Below are positions 39,529-50,150 of a DNA stretch of 64,000 nt, piece by piece. A model generated the notes under the pieces. The model saw only the letters and a list, made by a program, of their open reading frames with translations, searched no databases and was not told the DNA's origin. The translations under genes and the position numbers were made by a program. Source of the stretch: Candidatus Heimdallarchaeum aukensis. GTDB lineage: Archaea; Asgardarchaeota; Heimdallarchaeia; Heimdallarchaeales; Heimdallarchaeaceae. Each line of letters starts with the position of its first letter. The first letter of the stretch is position 1. The stretch lies in contig CP084166.1 of assembly GCA_021513695.1 (NCBI GenBank), forward strand, positions 640,001 to 704,000, written 5' to 3'.

Positions 39529-41352
39529 TCAATAATGTTTTTTTTCTCTTCTTTTGTTGATTATTGAAACTGAAATTACGATGAACATAAGAATTGAAAT
39601 GGTGCTCTCAAGGTTATAACTTACTGAGTTTGTGTTAGTCGTATCATCACCAGGTAAAGTAGTGTTGTATTTTATATCATAACCAGCAAACTCCATATAT
39701 TGTCTAGCAAGATAAATATCATAAATATACGGTTCAAGATCGCTATCAAAACCAATACATCCTTCTGGCATGGGTGATACACCAGGTGCTCCTTGTCCTT
39801 CTAAAATTTCGTTTACTATCATTTCACGTGGAACAGAATGGCTTATGGCTTTTCTAATGAACTTCGCTGCTTCTGCAGTTCCTAAAGGAGTAAGTTCTCC
39901 TGTCCCAAGGATAGGATGACGCATGTTGATTGCCATTTCTTGTGTAGATGTGATTTTTGTAAGGGCAAGATTAGTATCGATTCCCTCAAAATCTGAAAAA
40001 TGTAAACCATATTGAGAATCTACAATGTCAACTATCCCTTCTGTAAAAGCATCAATGGCCTTACTTTTACTAGGAACAAAGGTAAATATCAAACTATCTA
40101 GCAAATCATCATCTGTTAAGTTCCAATAAGGATTAGGATAAAGTATGACTGTACTTGAAGTAACATTAAAATCACTTACATTAAGCATAAATGGCCCACA
40201 ACTAGTTACAAAAGCTTGATCTAGAACATCCATGCTATAGCCATTTAAATTGATGTAATTTTGGACAAGATTCTTGTTAATTATACCATAGCTCAATAGA
40301 CTTAAACTAAAAGCATATCGTTTTTTGAAAGTAAACTGAATAGTGTCTTCATCTAAAGCTTTGATAGATTCGTTATTTTCAAAGTAAGTAGTTAAGGGGT
40401 CATATAATACGGAATCAACAGCAGGTGTCATGTATAACTCATAAGTGTAGTCAACATCATAAGCAGTTACAGGTTCTCCATTACTGAAGTAAGCATTAGG
40501 ATTAATATCCACTGTAATGGTTAATTTATCTTCTGATACACTGTAATTCTTTGCTATTACTGGCTCCATTAAACGCTTATTTTGACTTCGTTCAAAAAGT
40601 CCATAATAAACACAACTCATCCATAGAGCATCATAATACCATTCTTGAACAAAGATGTTATATTCTCTAAATTCTGCAGGTTGAGCATAAGTAATATTGT
40701 TCTTTAATGAATTTCTCCAATTTTCAGCTCGATGAGCACTATCACTTAACAATTGTGTATCAATTCCGCTAATTGACTTATTCAACGCATAGATCTCTCT
40801 TGGATACAATATTGTTATAGCTGGTAAATCATCATAAAGGATAGCTTGCAGTTCCTTTCCTTTAGCGATACGTTTAGTACCATCAAGTTCAGTAGTATAT
40901 TCTACTAGTTTTTCATCAAATTCTGGATTACTGTACTGGTAAACATTGTCTCCCGCGGGAACAATGCTTTCTGTATCAAAAAGACCTGTTGGATCCCAGT
41001 CTAATCCCCAGCTCCAACCTACAAAGAGTATATCATATCCTCCTTTATCATATGTAGGGATATAATCATAATAGCCTTCTTTACCAACAGGATAGAGCCA
41101 TGTTCTAGGAGCAATATTTCCCCAACCTGTTGTTTCATGGAAAGCTATACCTATACCTATTTTTGGTAACTCTTCTTCCATCAGGAATGCCCATTGATAT
41201 CTATAAGTACAACTAATTGGTGAAAGTAAATTAAGATAAAAGAGAGGAAGAGGATTTTCTTCTTCATCTGCATGTAGAGGAAGAACACTAGTTACGAAAA
41301 AAAAACAAATAACTAATGAGAGAAAAATCGTTTTTCTCTTTTTCATATTCAT
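39529..41352 (-). CDS. Extracellular solute-binding protein, family 5-like (peptide/nickel type), with a C-terminal transmembrane anchor and no adjacent permease genes
   Basis: Signal peptide, YQYSNPEFDEKL...AKGKELQAILYDDLPAITILYP (SBP_bac_5-like), many NxS/T sequons, and a C-terminal ISILMFIVISVSIINKRREKK anchor. Confidence 0.6.
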   Translation of the reverse strand: MNMKKRKTIFLSLVICFFFVTSVLPLHADEEENPLPLFYLNLLSPISCTYRYQWAFLMEEELPKIGIGIAFHETTGWGNIAPRTWLYPVGKEGYYDYIPTYDKGGYDILFVGWSWGLDWDPTGLFDTESIVPAGDNVYQYSNPEFDEKLVEYTTELDGTKRIAKGKELQAILYDDLPAITILYPREIYALNKSISGIDTQLLSDSAHRAENWRNSLKNNITYAQPAEFREYNIFVQEWYYDALWMSCVYYGLFERSQNKRLMEPVIAKNYSVSEDKLTITVDINPNAYFSNGEPVTAYDVDYTYELYMTPAVDSVLYDPLTTYFENNESIKALDEDTIQFTFKKRYAFSLSLLSYGIINKNLVQNYINLNGYSMDVLDQAFVTSCGPFMLNVSDFNVTSSTVILYPNPYWNLTDDDLLDSLIFTFVPSKSKAIDAFTEGIVDIVDSQYGLHFSDFEGIDTNLALTKITSTQEMAINMRHPILGTGELTPLGTAEAAKFIRKAISHSVPREMIVNEILEGQGAPGVSPMPEGCIGFDSDLEPYIYDIYLARQYMEFAGYDIKYNTTLPGDDTTNTNSVSYNLESTISILMFIVISVSIINKRREKKHY

Positions 41353-41505
41353 CTCCTTACTAGTAAAAATTAGTATAAAAAAGATATAAATGTTCCTTTT
41401 CTTTGAGATTTAGGTTTAGATTTTCTCATTTTCAGATATAGACCTAAAGATAATGTTTTTTCGTTTCCGAAATCTTTTAAATGTGTATGACCCTTTCTTT
41501 ACAGA

Positions 41506-42948
41506 ATGGAAGATATAATAAATTTAGCTCTAAAAGAAGCAGAATCAAAGAATGTTAACTTTGCAGAAGTTAGAATCTTTGGTTATGATAGCGAAGTAAT
41601 CGCTTTAAGGAATGCTGAAATTGATCAAATAGGAAGGGCTTACAATATAGGTTATGGAGTTAGAGTGATTAAGAACGGTGCATGGGGCTTTGCTAGTTCA
41701 GCAGATATTAGTAAAGAAAGGGTAAAAGAAGTAGTAAATAACGCAATAAAAGAAGCTGATGCCACAAGTAAAGTAATTAAAAGGCCAGTAGAATTATCAG
41801 AAGAACCAATAATTAAAGACACCTACAAAACTCCCTTTAAAATCGACCCTTTTGATGTTGATATTGAAGAGAAACTGGAGATTTTGAAAAAAGCTGATGG
41901 AATTATAGCAGAAAAAGGAGATGCAATTAAAGTAAGACAAACTGAAATGGGTTTTTACAAAGTATACCTGAATTATGGGAACACAGAGGGAACTAGAATA
42001 AAACAAGAAGAGCTTTTCACTGGAGCAAAAGCATCAGCCACTGCAATTGCTAACGATAATCAGAGAAGAGCGATTGGACTCTATGAAATGAGAGGATTTG
42101 AATATATTGATATGTATAATTTTGAGGAGAAATCAGAACAAGTAGCTCAAGAAGCTATTGTTCTTGCAACTGAAGCTGTAGCTCCTAAACAACAAAAAAC
42201 TGCTTTTATCTTGGAACCTTTTCAACTAGGATTAACTATTCATGAGAGTTGTGGACATCCTACAGAATTAGACAGAGTACTTGGTTGGGAAGCTGATTTT
42301 GCTGGAACAAGTTTTCTTACTTTGGATAAACTGGGTAAGAATTATCAATATGGTTCTGAAAAAGTTAACCTTGTTAATGATCCTACTATTCCTTATGTTC
42401 TCGGACATGAGAAATATGACCATGAAGGAGTAGAAACTAAACGATTCTATGTTGTCAAGAACGGTATTTTTAACGATTACCAAACTGATAGACAAACAGC
42501 TAAAATTATTGGTAAAGAACACAGCAACGGTAACGCTAGAATTGCTAGATATAACAGAGTTCCTTTAGTAAGAATGAGTAACTTGTATTTAGAAGCCGAC
42601 CCTGAAGGACCAAAAGATATTGATGAATTAATAGCAGAAACTAAAGAAGGAATCTATGGAATCGGTTGGAAGAGCCATTCTATCGATGATAAAAGAACTA
42701 ATTTTCAGTTTAGTGTTCAACTAGCTTATGAAATAAAAAATGGGGAATTAGCTATACCTCTAAAGAACACTATTTATCAAGCAGTTACCCCTGAATTCTG
42801 GGGAGGACTTGACTTAATGACTAAAGAGTGGAGAATCGACGGTCTTGGACCAAGTTGTGGTAAAGGAGCACCTCATACACAAACTATGTGGGTAAGCCAT
42901 GGAGGGCCTTATGCTCGTTTCCAAGGGGTGAATATCTTTTCAGGATAA
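41506..42948 (+). CDS. tldD: TldD family metallopeptidase
   Basis: HESCGHPTELDR metal-binding motif. The protein is 480 aa and is followed by its PmbA paralog. Confidence 0.9.
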   Translation: MEDIINLALKEAESKNVNFAEVRIFGYDSEVIALRNAEIDQIGRAYNIGYGVRVIKNGAWGFASSADISKERVKEVVNNAIKEADATSKVIKRPVELSEEPIIKDTYKTPFKIDPFDVDIEEKLEILKKADGIIAEKGDAIKVRQTEMGFYKVYLNYGNTEGTRIKQEELFTGAKASATAIANDNQRRAIGLYEMRGFEYIDMYNFEEKSEQVAQEAIVLATEAVAPKQQKTAFILEPFQLGLTIHESCGHPTELDRVLGWEADFAGTSFLTLDKLGKNYQYGSEKVNLVNDPTIPYVLGHEKYDHEGVETKRFYVVKNGIFNDYQTDRQTAKIIGKEHSNGNARIARYNRVPLVRMSNLYLEADPEGPKDIDELIAETKEGIYGIGWKSHSIDDKRTNFQFSVQLAYEIKNGELAIPLKNTIYQAVTPEFWGGLDLMTKEWRIDGLGPSCGKGAPHTQTMWVSHGGPYARFQGVNIFSG

Positions 42949-42949
42949 G

Positions 42950-44332
42950 GTGAAAAAAATGAGTCTAGAAGAACAAAAAAATCAAGTTTTGGAACTCACA
43001 GATTTAGCTCTTGAAAAAGCAAGAGCACTGAATTGTGATGCTTCTATAAATGTAAGTGTAGGAAAAGAGTATGCTACTCGTTTCTCTAACAGCGAGATAT
43101 TACAGAATTATGTAGATTTAAGAAGATTAATTGAGATAACAGTAGTTTATAAAGATAAACAACGTGCTTCTTCCACTACAAATACTTTTACTAAAGAAAA
43201 TATAATTAATCTGGTAGAATTTTTAGCTAAAGTTGCTAAAACTGTTTCTCCTGACCCTTCTTATCCTGGAATTGTAAAAGAAAAACACAGCTATCCTAGC
43301 TTAAAGTTAAACGATACTAAAGCTTCTCGAGTTAACCCTGATTATATTGCGGATAGAATTGCTGCAACTATTGACGCTGGTGAATCAATTGATAAGAGGA
43401 TAGGAGGAGTATCTGGAAACTTACTTTTCTCTAATGGTTTTGAATATCACAAATCTACTACAGGAAACGAGCTTTTCTATCCTTCTACGGTAATTGAATC
43501 AACCATCAATATCAACGCTCTCAGTGGTGGAGAAGAAAGTAGATCAAACAGTATTTTTGGAAGCAGGTTCTTTGATAAATTGCCACTAGAAAAAGAAGCA
43601 GAAGAAGTTGCAGAAAGAGCTTTAAGAGGATTAAATGCCAAATCTATTGAACCAGGTAATTATGAAGTAATACTTGACCACCAAGCAGTGAGTACAATAC
43701 TATTTTTTGTAGGGTATGCAACTTCTTCAAGATTGATAATTAACAGAGCAAGTTTCCTTAATGATAGAATTGGACAACAAGTTTTCGATGATGATCTATC
43801 TCTCATTAATGACCCACATAACCCTGAACATCTATCAGCTAGACCAATCGACGACGAGGGATTACCTACAACTAGGTTTCCAGTGATAGAAGAAGGAATT
43901 CTTAAGAATTACTCATATTCGAGACTAGACGCTGCAAGATTAGGAGCAAAAGCACAAGGAACTGGTTTTTCATTTATGGGTAATGCAATAGGATTTCCAT
44001 TTGCTGAAACAATCCAACCTGGAGACATGAAGGTAGAAGAGATGGTCGCTGATATAAAAGACGGATTACTAATAACAAACCTACATTATACTAACTTTGT
44101 AAATCCTCCTGTTGGAAGTATAACTGGAATGAGTAAAGATGGTTTATTTATAATTAAAAATGGAGAAATAGTTGGTTCTGCAAAGAACATGCGTTTCACA
44201 GATACAATTCCAAACATACTCAAAGATATTGATGTAGGAAAAGAACTTAAACAACCTGGAGGAAGGTTTGCAAATATAGTTGCTCCTATCAGAACAAAGA
44301 ACTTCAGATTTACAAGTAAAACAACTCACTAA
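42950..44332 (+). CDS. pmbA: PmbA/TldE family protein (TldD partner)
   Basis: A TldD/PmbA-fold paralog 1 bp downstream of tldD, with a Gly-rich C-terminal beta region. Confidence 0.85.
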   Translation: MKKMSLEEQKNQVLELTDLALEKARALNCDASINVSVGKEYATRFSNSEILQNYVDLRRLIEITVVYKDKQRASSTTNTFTKENIINLVEFLAKVAKTVSPDPSYPGIVKEKHSYPSLKLNDTKASRVNPDYIADRIAATIDAGESIDKRIGGVSGNLLFSNGFEYHKSTTGNELFYPSTVIESTININALSGGEESRSNSIFGSRFFDKLPLEKEAEEVAERALRGLNAKSIEPGNYEVILDHQAVSTILFFVGYATSSRLIINRASFLNDRIGQQVFDDDLSLINDPHNPEHLSARPIDDEGLPTTRFPVIEEGILKNYSYSRLDAARLGAKAQGTGFSFMGNAIGFPFAETIQPGDMKVEEMVADIKDGLLITNLHYTNFVNPPVGSITGMSKDGLFIIKNGEIVGSAKNMRFTDTIPNILKDIDVGKELKQPGGRFANIVAPIRTKNFRFTSKTTH

Positions 44333-44477
44333 CTTCTACTTTTTTTCAATTTTTAACAGTAAAAATGCTGTGCGTATCATTTCTTTCTTTGAAAAACTTT
44401 TGAATTCAAGAACAACTAAGAAAAATCAGTCCAAAATAATCAACATTGTTTTATATTGAAATAATTTTTTTGTTTTA

Positions 44478-45563
44478 ATGAAAATTAATCGTATTTACAA
44501 GAGAGATTGTATTGAAGGATTAAAGCAACTTCAAGAAAATTCAGTGGATTTAATATTTGCAGATCCACCTTATAATCTACAATTGCGTAACGAACTTTAT
44601 CGCCCTGATCAATCCAAAGTAGATGCGGTTAATGACAAATGGGATAGATTCTATTCTTTTGAAGAATATGACAATTTCTCTTTAAAATGGCTGAAAGAAT
44701 GCAGACGTGTATTGAAACCCACAGGCTCTATATGGGTAATAGGGACTTATCATAATATTTTCAGGATAGGTAAAATTATGCAAGATTTAGGTTTTTGGAT
44801 ACTAAACGACATAATTTGGGTAAAAACAAATCCTATGCCCAATTTTAAAGGAACAAGGTTCAATAACGCACATGAGACACTTATTTGGGCTGCTAAAGAA
44901 AAAAATGCAAAACAAACTTTTCATTACAAATCAATGAAGATTATGAATGATAATAAACAAATGCGAAGCGATTGGTATTTACCTATTTGTATTGGTAATG
45001 AAAGGTTAAAAAATAATGGAAAGAAGGTTCATTCTACTCAGAAACCTGAATCTCTCCTCTACCGTATAATTTTATCTTCTTCCAATGTTGGAGATCTAGT
45101 TTTAGACCCTTTTATGGGTACAGGAACAACTGCTGCTGTTGCTAAAAAACTGCGAAGGAATTACATCGGATTTGAGATTGATGATTATTACATTAGTGAA
45201 GCAGAAAAAAGAATTGCTAAAGTTTTACCTTTATCCGAAGATCTTTTAGATTACAAAATTGAAAAAAAACCTCCTAAAGTATCCTTTGGTATGCTAATTG
45301 AGAACAAATACATCAATCCGGGGGATTTTCTTTATTCCAGAGATTTAAAACACAAAGCAATTATTAAGGCTAATGCTTCAATTGAATATGAAGGGAAAGT
45401 GGGTTCTATTCATTCTATTAGTGCTTTTATTTTAGGAAAAAAAGCAAATAACGGTTGGGAATTCTGGTACTTAAAGAATAGCTCTGGTGAATTGGTATCT
45501 ATTGATTCACTAAGAAAAAAATTCGCAGTGAATGAATGGGGTGAAGAATGGAATGTCATCTAA
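44478..45563 (+). CDS. Beta-class N6-adenine (or N4-cytosine) DNA methyltransferase, CcrM/M.HinfI-like, with a C-terminal non-catalytic extension of about 120 aa
   Basis: Motif IV FADPPYNLQL near the N-terminus. Motif I VLDPFMGTGTTAAVA near residue 210. This is the permuted beta-class order, and there is a CcrM-like C-terminal domain. Confidence 0.85.
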   Translation: MKINRIYKRDCIEGLKQLQENSVDLIFADPPYNLQLRNELYRPDQSKVDAVNDKWDRFYSFEEYDNFSLKWLKECRRVLKPTGSIWVIGTYHNIFRIGKIMQDLGFWILNDIIWVKTNPMPNFKGTRFNNAHETLIWAAKEKNAKQTFHYKSMKIMNDNKQMRSDWYLPICIGNERLKNNGKKVHSTQKPESLLYRIILSSSNVGDLVLDPFMGTGTTAAVAKKLRRNYIGFEIDDYYISEAEKRIAKVLPLSEDLLDYKIEKKPPKVSFGMLIENKYINPGDFLYSRDLKHKAIIKANASIEYEGKVGSIHSISAFILGKKANNGWEFWYLKNSSGELVSIDSLRKKFAVNEWGEEWNVI

Positions 45564-45627
45564 AAAGAATAACCTTCAACTCACATTAAATGGAAAAGGT
45601 TATCATAGATAAGATCCATTTAGCTTT

Positions 45628-46938
45628 ATGAAGTTATCCAAGGACAAAGTCAACTATCTTATTTTTGAAGGTGGTGGAGGAAAAGGAGTTACTTATATTG
45701 GGGCTTTAGAAGCTCTTGAAGAATTAGGTATTCTCAGATTTACTGAAAAAAATATAGGAGAAAAGGTTGTTACTCATCTTGCTCCAAATTGCTTGAAAGG
45801 AGTAGCTGGAACTTCAGTTGGTTCACTTTTTGCTTTACTTGTATCTTTGGGCTACAACTCACAAGAAATAAGAGAATTATTAAAAAGCAACTTAACTGAC
45901 GAGTTTCTAGATACTATCGAATTTGGTTTGATTCAATCAATTTATAGCCAGCTTACTGAACAATCTTTTGTTAAAGACCCTCAACTAGAAATATCTACAA
46001 ATTTCGTTGAGAATAAATGGTCTTCTTTTCTTCAAAAACAAGAGAAATCTTTCAAAGATTTGTTTGCTTACCCTCTTAAAATGATCAAGCAAGCAAATTA
46101 TTATATCCTCTCAATGTTCATCAAATTTCTTCTTTATTATGAATCAAGAAAAATAAAGAATGAAAAACCATCTAACGAAACAGAAACTACATTTATCCCT
46201 ACATTACGAGACTTTGCGCAGTCAAAAACTCTAAAAAATGCTGTAGATAAAATTTTGGATAAACCAGCCGATGCTCTTAATAGTCTTAAATATGAATTTG
46301 GTTTTTTCCTTGGCAATGGGGCAAGAGAAGTTATAGATAGGTTAATTGAAGAAAGAACAGGAGTGAAAAACTGTACTTTCAATCAATTTTATGAAATTTT
46401 AGGAATTGATCTTGTTATTACTTCTTTTGATTTACAGACAAAACAAGTTGAATACTTAAGAAAAGATTCTAAATGGAAAAACCTTTGTGTGGCAGATGCA
46501 GTAAGAATGTCAATTTCTATTCCATTAGTCTTCAAACCTGTTGTTATTAACATGAAAGACGAGTTCATTCTTCCAATTACAGATGATGTTTCTTATGCTC
46601 ATTATTTCATTGATGGTGGAGCAGCAAACAATTTTCCCCTTCATGTTTTTGATGATAGAGAAGACAAACTAAATCCCTACGTTCTAGGATTTACTCTATC
46701 GTATAAAAGACAATATAATCCTTTTATTGAAGAAATTACTTTCTTTGAATATTTAGAAGATGTCTTCCTTTCAGTTCTTAAACAGACAACAAATTTACAA
46801 TTCAAAAAGAAAGAAGAACAAGAACAAGTGATAGAACTTGACCCAGAGTACATAAAAGTACTTGACTTTTCTTTTGATGAGATACCAGAAAAAACAATAC
46901 AAAAAGCAAAGAAGAAAACACTAGAATATTTCAAATGA
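45628..46938 (+). CDS. Patatin-like phospholipase (PNPLA) family protein
   Basis: Oxyanion hole GGGGKG, nucleophile elbow GTSVGS, and catalytic Asp motif DGGAANNFP. Confidence 0.85.
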   Translation: MKLSKDKVNYLIFEGGGGKGVTYIGALEALEELGILRFTEKNIGEKVVTHLAPNCLKGVAGTSVGSLFALLVSLGYNSQEIRELLKSNLTDEFLDTIEFGLIQSIYSQLTEQSFVKDPQLEISTNFVENKWSSFLQKQEKSFKDLFAYPLKMIKQANYYILSMFIKFLLYYESRKIKNEKPSNETETTFIPTLRDFAQSKTLKNAVDKILDKPADALNSLKYEFGFFLGNGAREVIDRLIEERTGVKNCTFNQFYEILGIDLVITSFDLQTKQVEYLRKDSKWKNLCVADAVRMSISIPLVFKPVVINMKDEFILPITDDVSYAHYFIDGGAANNFPLHVFDDREDKLNPYVLGFTLSYKRQYNPFIEEITFFEYLEDVFLSVLKQTTNLQFKKKEEQEQVIELDPEYIKVLDFSFDEIPEKTIQKAKKKTLEYFK

Positions 46939-47032
46939 TAATAATTTATTTGTTTCATCCAATGCAAAAATTTAGTAATCATTAAGAAAACTAACAGAAA
47001 TGTTTTTTTATCTTAAATAGATTTTTTTTTGA

Positions 47033-48100
47033 ATGATTAGAGAATTAAACGTTGAGAACTTCAAATCAATAGAAAATCTTTATCTTAAATGCTCAAAAAT
47101 TAACATCTTTATTGGAGAACCAAACGTAGGAAAATCAAATATTATTGAGTCTTTAGGATTGTTTTCATCTATTTTATTTCATGAAAATTCTTCAAATAGA
47201 AATGAAGCTATTAACAAAGAGTTTATACGTTATAACAATTTTATTGACCTATTTCATAACAGTAATCTAAGAAAAAAAATCAAAGTATCTACAGATAAAT
47301 ACCAAATTGAAATTAGAGCGGAAGAAAATAATTTCTATATTTCTGTTTATCGAATTCAACTAAGTTCAGAAGAAAAAGATAAAAACTTTAGTAAAAGAAT
47401 CATTAGATCAGAAAATATCTTACAAGTAGAAGCAATAGCAAATTCACCTGGAATATATTCTTGGAACTTTAAGACTAATTTTAACGATTTTAAGAAAGAA
47501 AAGAATTTCCCAAAGATAATGTATTATAAAAATATGGAAACAGAAAAATTCGTTTCTCTAAACTTTGATTTTTTGAATCCTCCATCAGGAAATAACCTTC
47601 TAACTATATTGCAAACAAATACAGATCTTTACAAAAAAATCAATGAGATACTTTTTTCTTTCAATCTCAAATTAATGCTGAGAGAAGTAGAAAAGACTAT
47701 CGAACTTGTAAGAGATATAGAAGGAAAATTAATTGCTATTCCCTTTAAGCTAGTTGCTGAATCTTTCCATCAACTTTTCCTTTTACTAAGTGCGATGAAT
47801 ACATGTAAAGATTCTATTATCTGTTTGGAAGAACCAGAGACACATCTATTCCCAAAATATACAAAGTTAATAGCTGAACTCATAGCTAAAAATAAAAACA
47901 ATAATCAGTATTTTATTTCAACACACAACCCCTATTTTTTGATTTCATTAATAGAAAAAGCAAAAAAAGAAGATTTAAGTATTTTTGCAGTAAGTTTTCA
48001 GAATAATCATACAAAAGTTTCAAAAATACAAGAAAATGAGATAAGAGAACTCTTAGAAGGAGAAGATCCATTTTTTAACATCAATAAGTACTTCGAGTAG
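47033..48100 (+). CDS. AAA_21/ABC-type ATPase (OLD/abortive-infection-like ATP-binding protein)
   Basis: Walker A GEPNVGKSN, Walker B/D-loop ICLEEPETHLFP, and C-terminal ISTHNPYFL (H-loop), typical of the AAA_21 defence ATPase architecture. Confidence 0.75.
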   Translation: MIRELNVENFKSIENLYLKCSKINIFIGEPNVGKSNIIESLGLFSSILFHENSSNRNEAINKEFIRYNNFIDLFHNSNLRKKIKVSTDKYQIEIRAEENNFYISVYRIQLSSEEKDKNFSKRIIRSENILQVEAIANSPGIYSWNFKTNFNDFKKEKNFPKIMYYKNMETEKFVSLNFDFLNPPSGNNLLTILQTNTDLYKKINEILFSFNLKLMLREVEKTIELVRDIEGKLIAIPFKLVAESFHQLFLLLSAMNTCKDSIICLEEPETHLFPKYTKLIAELIAKNKNNNQYFISTHNPYFLISLIEKAKKEDLSIFAVSFQNNHTKVSKIQENEIRELLEGEDPFFNINKYFE

Positions 48101-48597
48101 ATGTCAATGATACTAGTTGAATGTTATGCTGATGAAAGATTAGTGAGAACACTTCTACCAGAATTATCTAAAAAAGAATATTCTCATGCAGGTAACAAAA
48201 CAGGGGTAATCAAAAGGTTAATTAAAATAAAAAATGGAAAAAAATACATTGGATTAGTTGATAGAGATCCCCACTCTAATCCTCCTGGTTTTTTCCACAA
48301 CTTTACTCTTCTGGAAAATCATGAAGAATCAAAAATATCTATTTACTTTTTCAAAAAAAAAACAATGCTAAACTTGTCGTTATTGAACCTGAACTTGAAG
48401 GATGGATTGTAAACATCGCTCATTCGATTCACTTTAAACTCAGAGATTATGGTTTACCTGAAGATCCAGATAAATTGCATGAGGTTATCAACGAAAAAAG
48501 AAACCTAGATAATTTCTCAAAGCTTGTTTCAGACTTACTACAAAAAAGTGTTCACCTTTCTAAATTAAAAAAAATTTTATCAAAAAGTATAGATTAA
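48101..48597 (+). pseudogene. DUF4276-like partner gene of the AAA_21 ATPase, split by a frameshift inside an A10 homopolymer
   Basis: ORF 48101..48412 (MSMILVECYADERLV...IGLVDRD) continues in another frame (NNAKLVVIEPELEGWIVNIAHS...SKSID) after the A10 run at 48353..48362. An A11 run would join the two into a protein of about 165 aa. The start overlaps the ATPase stop. Confidence 0.45.
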
Positions 48598-48613
48598 AAA
48601 AGAAAAAATTCAT

Positions 48614-49099
48614 TTAATCTATAACAGCTTTCTTGTTTTTCTTACCACTCATATATGAAATATTGATCTTTCCTATTTTTACATTTATTATTGATTTTTC
48701 AGTGAGATACTCCTTGTTCTTTTTTTCTGGTTCTTTTTCAAACTTCTCAATTAAAAGCTCTAAAGCTTTCTTTTTTTCTTCAAATTCCTCAATAAAGGTT
48801 ACGTTACTTTGGAAATGTACTGAAGCGTAATTATGGTCACATTCTCCTTCTAGGTAGCCAAAGTCAAGCATTGCTTCTCCCCAGATTAAATTGTTTTTTT
48901 CTAAAATTTCTATCTTTTTTCCTTTTTTAGCACAATGGAAGTAAATACACTTTTGATCATTATCAAGAACAAAGTTTAGGGTTACTAAATAGGGAATATT
49001 ATTGTTACACATCGCAATTGTAACATAGAGAGCTCTGTTTAAAATTCTCAATTGTTCTTCTTCATCTATAGCTTTTTCCTTTCTTCTTATTTCTCTCAA
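48614..49099 (-). CDS. PNPOx-like FMN-binding split-barrel protein (COG3467-like)
   Basis: Pattern ..EE..ILN.A.YVTIAM.NNNIPYLVTLNFV.D.....IYFHCAKKGKK...L, typical of pyridoxamine-phosphate-oxidase-related flavin proteins. Confidence 0.65.
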   Translation of the reverse strand: MREIRRKEKAIDEEEQLRILNRALYVTIAMCNNNIPYLVTLNFVLDNDQKCIYFHCAKKGKKIEILEKNNLIWGEAMLDFGYLEGECDHNYASVHFQSNVTFIEEFEEKKKALELLIEKFEKEPEKKNKEYLTEKSIINVKIGKINISYMSGKKNKKAVID

Positions 49100-49170
49100 A
49101 ATATTCAGCTCCTACAATAGAAATAGACTAAATACCCTTAAAAGTATTTATTAGGTGAAAAAAGGAAAAA

Positions 49171-50133
49171 TTAGAAGATTATACCTAGCAACCAGAGTAA
49201 AAAGGCCATTACCATAAACATAGATGCAAGTTTAAAAATCAGCCATGTGGTTTTTTCACTGGGCCTAATAAGATTCTTTATGGATAGAAAAATAAAAAAT
49301 AAAGCTGTTAAACAAGCGAGGATATGGATTACAATATTTACTTTTAGTGAAAGGCTGATTAAAATTGTAATGATTGCACTAATTATTGATGAAAGAGTTA
49401 TAACTATTATAGTTCTATCTTTTCCTTTCACTACAGGCCACATAGGAACACCAGCGAGTTGATATCCTTCTAGGTTTTTGGGTATCAAAGCTAATGTTAG
49501 AATGTGCATTGGTATCCAGGCTAGTATAAACACTCCAAACATTATTGCCAAAGAATCAATTTTGTTTATTGCTGCTGTTCTACCAGCAATAGCCGGTAAA
49601 GCTCCTGCTATTCCTCCAAAAAGAATTGAAAATCTTGTTCTTCTTTTTAACCAGTAAGAGTAGATAATCACATCAAAAAAAGCCCCCAATAAGATTACAA
49701 GTCCTGTAAGGGCATTTAGGAACACTACTGCACTCATAATTCCGCTAATTGTGAATACTATCCCATGTCCAACTACTGTTTCTTCTGCTATTTTTCCAGA
49801 TGCTAGAGCTCGATTTTTTGTTCTTTCCATTATCTTGTCGATATCTTGGTCAATGTACATATTTAGTAACGTTGATCCAGAGATAGAAAAAAAGAGGGCG
49901 ATTATTAACCAACTTAGGGTGAATAAACTAAAATCTTTCCACGAGCTTATTAAATAGGTGAGCACTCCAGTATATACAAGTAAAAAAGTCTGCTTTGTTT
50001 TGATTAGTTCAAAATAAACCTTAATAGGAAGAAAAAAAGGAATGATGTTCTCATTTTTACTTGTTCCAATGTTCACGTAGGCTTCTACATTTGAATTGTT
50101 AGTGTTGTATATATTTGGAGTTTCTTCAGTCAA
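49171..50133 (-). CDS. ctaB: Protoheme IX farnesyltransferase (heme O synthase, UbiA family)
   Basis: NMYIDQDIDKIMERTKNRALASG matches the CtaB/CyoE motif NxYxDRDIDxxMxRTxxRPL. The protein has nine transmembrane helices. Confidence 0.85.
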   Translation of the reverse strand: MTEETPNIYNTNNSNVEAYVNIGTSKNENIIPFFLPIKVYFELIKTKQTFLLVYTGVLTYLISSWKDFSLFTLSWLIIALFFSISGSTLLNMYIDQDIDKIMERTKNRALASGKIAEETVVGHGIVFTISGIMSAVVFLNALTGLVILLGAFFDVIIYSYWLKRRTRFSILFGGIAGALPAIAGRTAAINKIDSLAIMFGVFILAWIPMHILTLALIPKNLEGYQLAGVPMWPVVKGKDRTIIVITLSSIISAIITILISLSLKVNIVIHILACLTALFFIFLSIKNLIRPSEKTTWLIFKLASMFMVMAFLLWLLGIIF

Positions 50134-50150
50134 TTAATTCACCAATTAAA

